Shown: positions 60,866 to 64,000 of the stretch, piece by piece | How positions within the stretch are numbered: the first letter of the stretch is position 1 | Layout of the letters: the number at the start of each line of letters is the position of its first letter | DNA from: Deltaproteobacteria bacterium | Lineage (GTDB): Bacteria > Desulfobacterota > DSM-4660 > Desulfatiglandales > HGW-15 | DNA: 64,000 nucleotides | NCBI GenBank assembly: GCA_019308745.1 | Contig: JAFDHO010000003.1 | Span: forward strand, 80-64,079 | Reading direction: 5' to 3' | Made by a program: the position numbers and the translations under genes | The notes under the pieces: generated by a model | Databases searched by the model: none | What the model saw: only the letters and a program-made list of their open reading frames with translations | What the model was told of the DNA's origin: nothing

Positions 60866-61510
60866 ATGCCACGAATCGATGACTACAAACAGGCGCTGGA
60901 AATAGGGAGAAGGGAACTTGTCGGGAAGAACCCCGATCTCGTCGCGAGCCTCTCTGGAGCGAAAGTAACGAGGCACAGGGAAGGGGATATCGCCTTATCC
61001 CTGCTTTTCCTCAATGAAGGCATCAATATTTCTTGGCCGAAAATAGAGTTTACCTGCGAGGATTCAAACAAGGAACTCTCCATCCAGCAGCAGATCTTGA
61101 TCCTTCATTACTTTTTGGGGGCATGGAGAGCGAACGGCCCCGGTATAACCGGGCAGTGGTGTGGTTTCCAAGATATCCCCGATGGGAGATTCTATCTGGA
61201 TGCCTTTGTGAAGAGGGCCAAAGCTCCTTTGCTCAAGGCCTTTGGAACCTGCCCCGAAAGGCTGGTTGAAGCGGCAAAGAGACTCTATGGGGCCGAGCCC
61301 TTCGATCACGGAGATATTTCCGTGAAGGTCAAGGCCTTTCCCCTCGTAAGGGTTGCGCTCATCATCTGGAAAGGAGACGAGGAATTCCCGCCTGAGGGGA
61401 ACATCCTTTTTGATCGAAATATCTCTCAACTCCTCTCTGCGGAGGATATTGCCTGGCTGGCGGGGATGATAGTCTATCCCCTCATGGGATCTGCCGGAGG
61501 GGGGACGTGA
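60866..61510 (+). CDS. DUF3786 domain protein
   Basis: ILILHY, F.DIPDG.FY...F, FP.V...LIIW.GDEEFP..GNILFD and LSAED motifs. Confidence 0.85.
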   Translation: MPRIDDYKQALEIGRRELVGKNPDLVASLSGAKVTRHREGDIALSLLFLNEGINISWPKIEFTCEDSNKELSIQQQILILHYFLGAWRANGPGITGQWCGFQDIPDGRFYLDAFVKRAKAPLLKAFGTCPERLVEAAKRLYGAEPFDHGDISVKVKAFPLVRVALIIWKGDEEFPPEGNILFDRNISQLLSAEDIAWLAGMIVYPLMGSAGGGT

Positions 61511-61684
61511 GCGTAAACCAAATATTGGATTGCGGCAATGTCCGGTGGGATTTTTTTGAGATATGGTCTCGAAAAAACGGGTACGACCCCCTTGGATGGT
61601 GGTTGTTAAGAGCACACCCCACTGGGGTGAACCAAAGACCGGGTCCTTTGGGCCCGGATATTTGCTCGTTGAGAGGAGTCAGGC

Positions 61685-62176
61685 ATGGCGGATACTTCAC
61701 CCTTAGTAGCGGTCGTTATGGGGAGCAGGTCAGACCTGGAAGCCATGAAGGGGTGCGTTGACCAACTGAAAGACCTTCAGATCCCTCATGAGGTAAAGGT
61801 CAGTTCGGCTCACCGGACTCCCGATCAGACAAGGGAGTATGCTGAGTCGGCTGCGGCCAGGGGCATCGAAGTAATTATTGCTGGTGCAGGATGGGCGGCC
61901 CATTTGGCAGGTGTCATTGCGGCTCATACGACCCTACCCGTAATTGGCGTCCCCATTGATTCTTCTCCTTTAAAGGGGATGGATGCGCTTCTTTCCACCG
62001 TGCAGATGCCTCCCGGCATACCGGTCGCAACTGTCGCCATAGGAAAAGGGGGCGCGCGAAACGCTGCAGTGCTGGCAGCCCAGATCCTTTCCCTGAAGTA
62101 CCCCGAAATTGCCCTGAGATTAAAGGACTTCAGGGAAAACATGACCAAGGAAGCCATTCGAAAGTCAAAGCTCTGA
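61685..62176 (+). CDS. purE: N5-CAIR mutase PurE
   Basis: VMGSRSD, SAHRTP, AGAG.AAHL.G and [14 protein letters not shown] motifs. Confidence 0.97.
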   Translation: MADTSPLVAVVMGSRSDLEAMKGCVDQLKDLQIPHEVKVSSAHRTPDQTREYAESAAARGIEVIIAGAGWAAHLAGVIAAHTTLPVIGVPIDSSPLKGMDALLSTVQMPPGIPVATVAIGKGGARNAAVLAAQILSLKYPEIALRLKDFRENMTKEAIRKSKL

Positions 62177-62182
62177 GCTTCC

Positions 62183-62860
62183 ATGGCAAGCTGCGGGCAA
62201 AGGGCATTGGAAAAGATAGTCCAGGTCGACAACAACAGGAGACGGACAAGAGGGGCTCTGAGAAGGGCGGCGGACATCATCCTGTCAGGCGGTGTTGTCG
62301 CCTATCCAACAGAATCCTTCTATGGGCTGGCCGTCAATATTGAAAACGACAGTGCCATAAAAAAGCTTTACGAAATCAAGAAGCGTGAAGCAGACAAACC
62401 CATATTGATCCTTATTCCGTCCGCGGAAGACCTGCGAACCTATGTGGAAGAAACGCCGGAGGCTGCCTGTAAGCTCATTGAGGCGTTCTGGCCCGGGGGT
62501 TTGACCATCCTATTTCGATCTGCAATGTCCGTATCCCCCTTGCTCACAGCCGGGACAGGAAAGATCGGGATCAGACTGTCGAGTCATCCTGTGGCATCAG
62601 GTCTCGCCCGGGCAGTCGGCAAGGCCATCACGGGAACGAGCGCGAATATTTCCGGTCAGCCTCCATGCCAGGATGCCCGCCAGGTCGAGAAGACCATTGG
62701 TCGGGCTGTGGATCTCATATTGGATGGTGGCGCAACCCAGGGCGGGGGAGGATCTACCATTATCGATGTCACGGTAAGTCCTTCCGTGATCTTGAGACAA
62801 GGAATAGTGGGAAGGCAGGAGATCGAAAAGGTCTTGGGGAAAAGTCTCGCGGCGGCTTGA
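62183..62860 (+). CDS. tsaC: L-threonylcarbamoyladenylate synthase (YrdC/Sua5 N-domain)
   Basis: AYPTES.YGL, K.R...KP, FWPGGLT, TSANISG and STIID motifs. Confidence 0.92.
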   Translation: MASCGQRALEKIVQVDNNRRRTRGALRRAADIILSGGVVAYPTESFYGLAVNIENDSAIKKLYEIKKREADKPILILIPSAEDLRTYVEETPEAACKLIEAFWPGGLTILFRSAMSVSPLLTAGTGKIGIRLSSHPVASGLARAVGKAITGTSANISGQPPCQDARQVEKTIGRAVDLILDGGATQGGGGSTIIDVTVSPSVILRQGIVGRQEIEKVLGKSLAAA

Positions 62861-63097
62861 TCCCCAGAATAGTAGCAGCGGAAGATGAGGGGTCTTTCGA
62901 TCTCCGTTGGTTTGGTCCTGAAAGACAGGGTCCTTTGGGTCAGGATATTTACTTAGAAATGTCGGGGCCTGTGTGTTTCGGACAGCGGACAGGGCCGTGG
63001 CAGCTATTGTCCGGTATGTCGACGGGAGGCTGAACATGGACAGGATCCGGCGCAGATACGGTTGAGCAATTAGAGCCAAAGGGGAGCAAGAATTCCC

Positions 63098-63126
63098 TTG
63101 ACAGATAAAGAGAGAAGTGAGAATGT
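63098..63126 (+). promoter_or_regulatory. Putative promoter of the Tyr leader/acyl-CoA ligase transcript
   Basis: TTGACA (63098-103), 17-nt spacer ending in TGn, then GAATGT. Confidence 0.5.
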
Positions 63127-63163
63127 ATTTAAACAGAATTAGGATGACTTAGAGAGAACCTAG

Positions 63164-63250
63164 ATGCAAAGCATGATGATCAATCAATCCGGGCAAGCAT
63201 ATTATTACTATTACTACGTGAGAGGAGAAGTCTGCCCATGGTTTGATTGA
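63164..63250 (+). CDS. Tyrosine-rich attenuator leader peptide MQSMMINQSGQAYYYYYYVRGEVCPWFD
   Basis: Six consecutive Tyr codons, TAT TAT TAC TAT TAC TAC (63200-63217). Alternative ATGs at 63173 and 63176. Stop lies 19 nt before the terminator stem. Confidence 0.85.
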   Translation: MQSMMINQSGQAYYYYYYVRGEVCPWFD

Positions 63251-63267
63251 TGTATTCATTTGTGGTT

Positions 63268-63306
63268 AGAGGCCGTGGGCAGCATCAAGCCCACGGCCTT
63301 TTTTTT
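63268..63306 (+). terminator. Attenuator terminator (3:4 helix)
   Basis: AGGCCGTGGGC-AGCATCAA-GCCCACGGCCT running into a T8 tract (63299-63306). Confidence 0.92.
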
Positions 63307-63407
63307 AGCCCGTTGGCCCTTGGCTATGGCACGGCAGTAAGGGAGAAGAGCAGACGGGCCTGCTCGGATTGAGGAAGGAGAAAAGGCACGGAAGGGTGGT
63401 AAGAAAG

Positions 63408-64000
63408 ATGATTATTACGGAAATCTTGGAGAGAAACGCAAGGTGTTACGGTCAAGAGACGGCCCTCGTGGAGAGGGACCCGCAAAGGAACAGGAGGAGG
63501 CATATCACCTGGGAAGAGTTTGAGGAAACGGCCAACAGAGTAGCGAGCGCACTGATTCAAAGGGGGGTTGAAAAGGAGGACAGGGTCATGCTGCTCATGA
63601 GGAATTGCCTTGAATGGCTTCCCCTCTATTTTGGCATACTCAAGACCGGGGCATGGGCCGTACCCCTGAACTTTCGCTTTACTCCGGAAGAAATAGCTTA
63701 CTGCGCAGAGGTCTCCGAGGGGAAGACCTTGATCTTCGGTGAGGAGTTTACAGGCGCCATCAGCGAGATCAAAGGCAGACTGGGAAAGGTCAAGGATTAC
63801 GTCTGCGTGGGTCTTGAGGAGGGCTCCCCCCTCTTTGGGGAACGCTTTGAGGACTTTTTGGACAGCGGAAGCAGTGAAAGGCCCGGGGGGCAAATCAGCC
63901 TCCTGGACGATGCAGCCCTCTACTTCACTTCAGGGACCACAGGCATGCCGAAACCGGTCCTCCTTACCCACAGAAACCTTGAATTCTCCTGCGTCGTTGA
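63408..64000 (+). CDS. Acyl-CoA synthetase / class I adenylate-forming enzyme (5' part, runs off the window)
   Basis: MIITEILERNARCYGQETALVE..., N..EWLP.YFGILKTGA.AVPLNFR, and AMP-binding motif YFTSGTTGMPK. Not in the supplied ORF track because it has no stop in the window. Confidence 0.92.
   Translation, partial: MIITEILERNARCYGQETALVERDPQRNRRRHITWEEFEETANRVASALIQRGVEKEDRVMLLMRNCLEWLPLYFGILKTGAWAVPLNFRFTPEEIAYCAEVSEGKTLIFGEEFTGAISEIKGRLGKVKDYVCVGLEEGSPLFGERFEDFLDSGSSERPGGQISLLDDAALYFTSGTTGMPKPVLLTHRNLEFSCVV

Noticed and set aside
63324-63893. 189-aa minus-strand ORF in the supplied track
   Set aside because: It is the shadow of the plus-strand acyl-CoA ligase, which carries the AMP-binding motif.

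Overview
A roughly 55% GC bacterial chromosome segment whose gene content and protein styles fit an anaerobic Desulfobacterota (deltaproteobacterial) lineage; this taxonomy is inferred. Most of it is housekeeping: tatBC, grpE-dnaK, purC, rpsF-rpsR-yybS-rplI-dnaB-hflX, apbE, ribF, tRNA-Leu(CAG), an RND pump, trkAH, rfaE1-ugd-yicC-remA-gmk-rlmB, a TetR/YbhGFSR-type ABC exporter, purE and tsaC. The top finding is a complete ribosome-mediated transcription attenuator at 63.16-63.31 kb. It has a 28-codon leader with six consecutive Tyr codons and mutually exclusive 1:2, 2:3 and 3:4 (terminator) helices. It sits upstream of an acyl-CoA ligase rather than a classical biosynthetic operon, which suggests tyrosine-starvation-induced aryl-acid salvage. 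Other notable items: a family of palindromic GTAA-ended MITEs with 8-bp target duplications (3 copies); hflX apparently starting at ATA; an IHF paralog with a QxSLF clamp-binding-like insertion; an adenylate cyclase (with DRR repeats)-deacetylase-LysM/TPR lipoprotein operon; a HEAT/HD-GYP pair sharing an N-terminal domain; an RND adaptor fused to a Spy/CpxP-like domain; and a patch of gene stubs next to tRNA-Leu. All family calls come from motif recognition by eye; no database searches were run.
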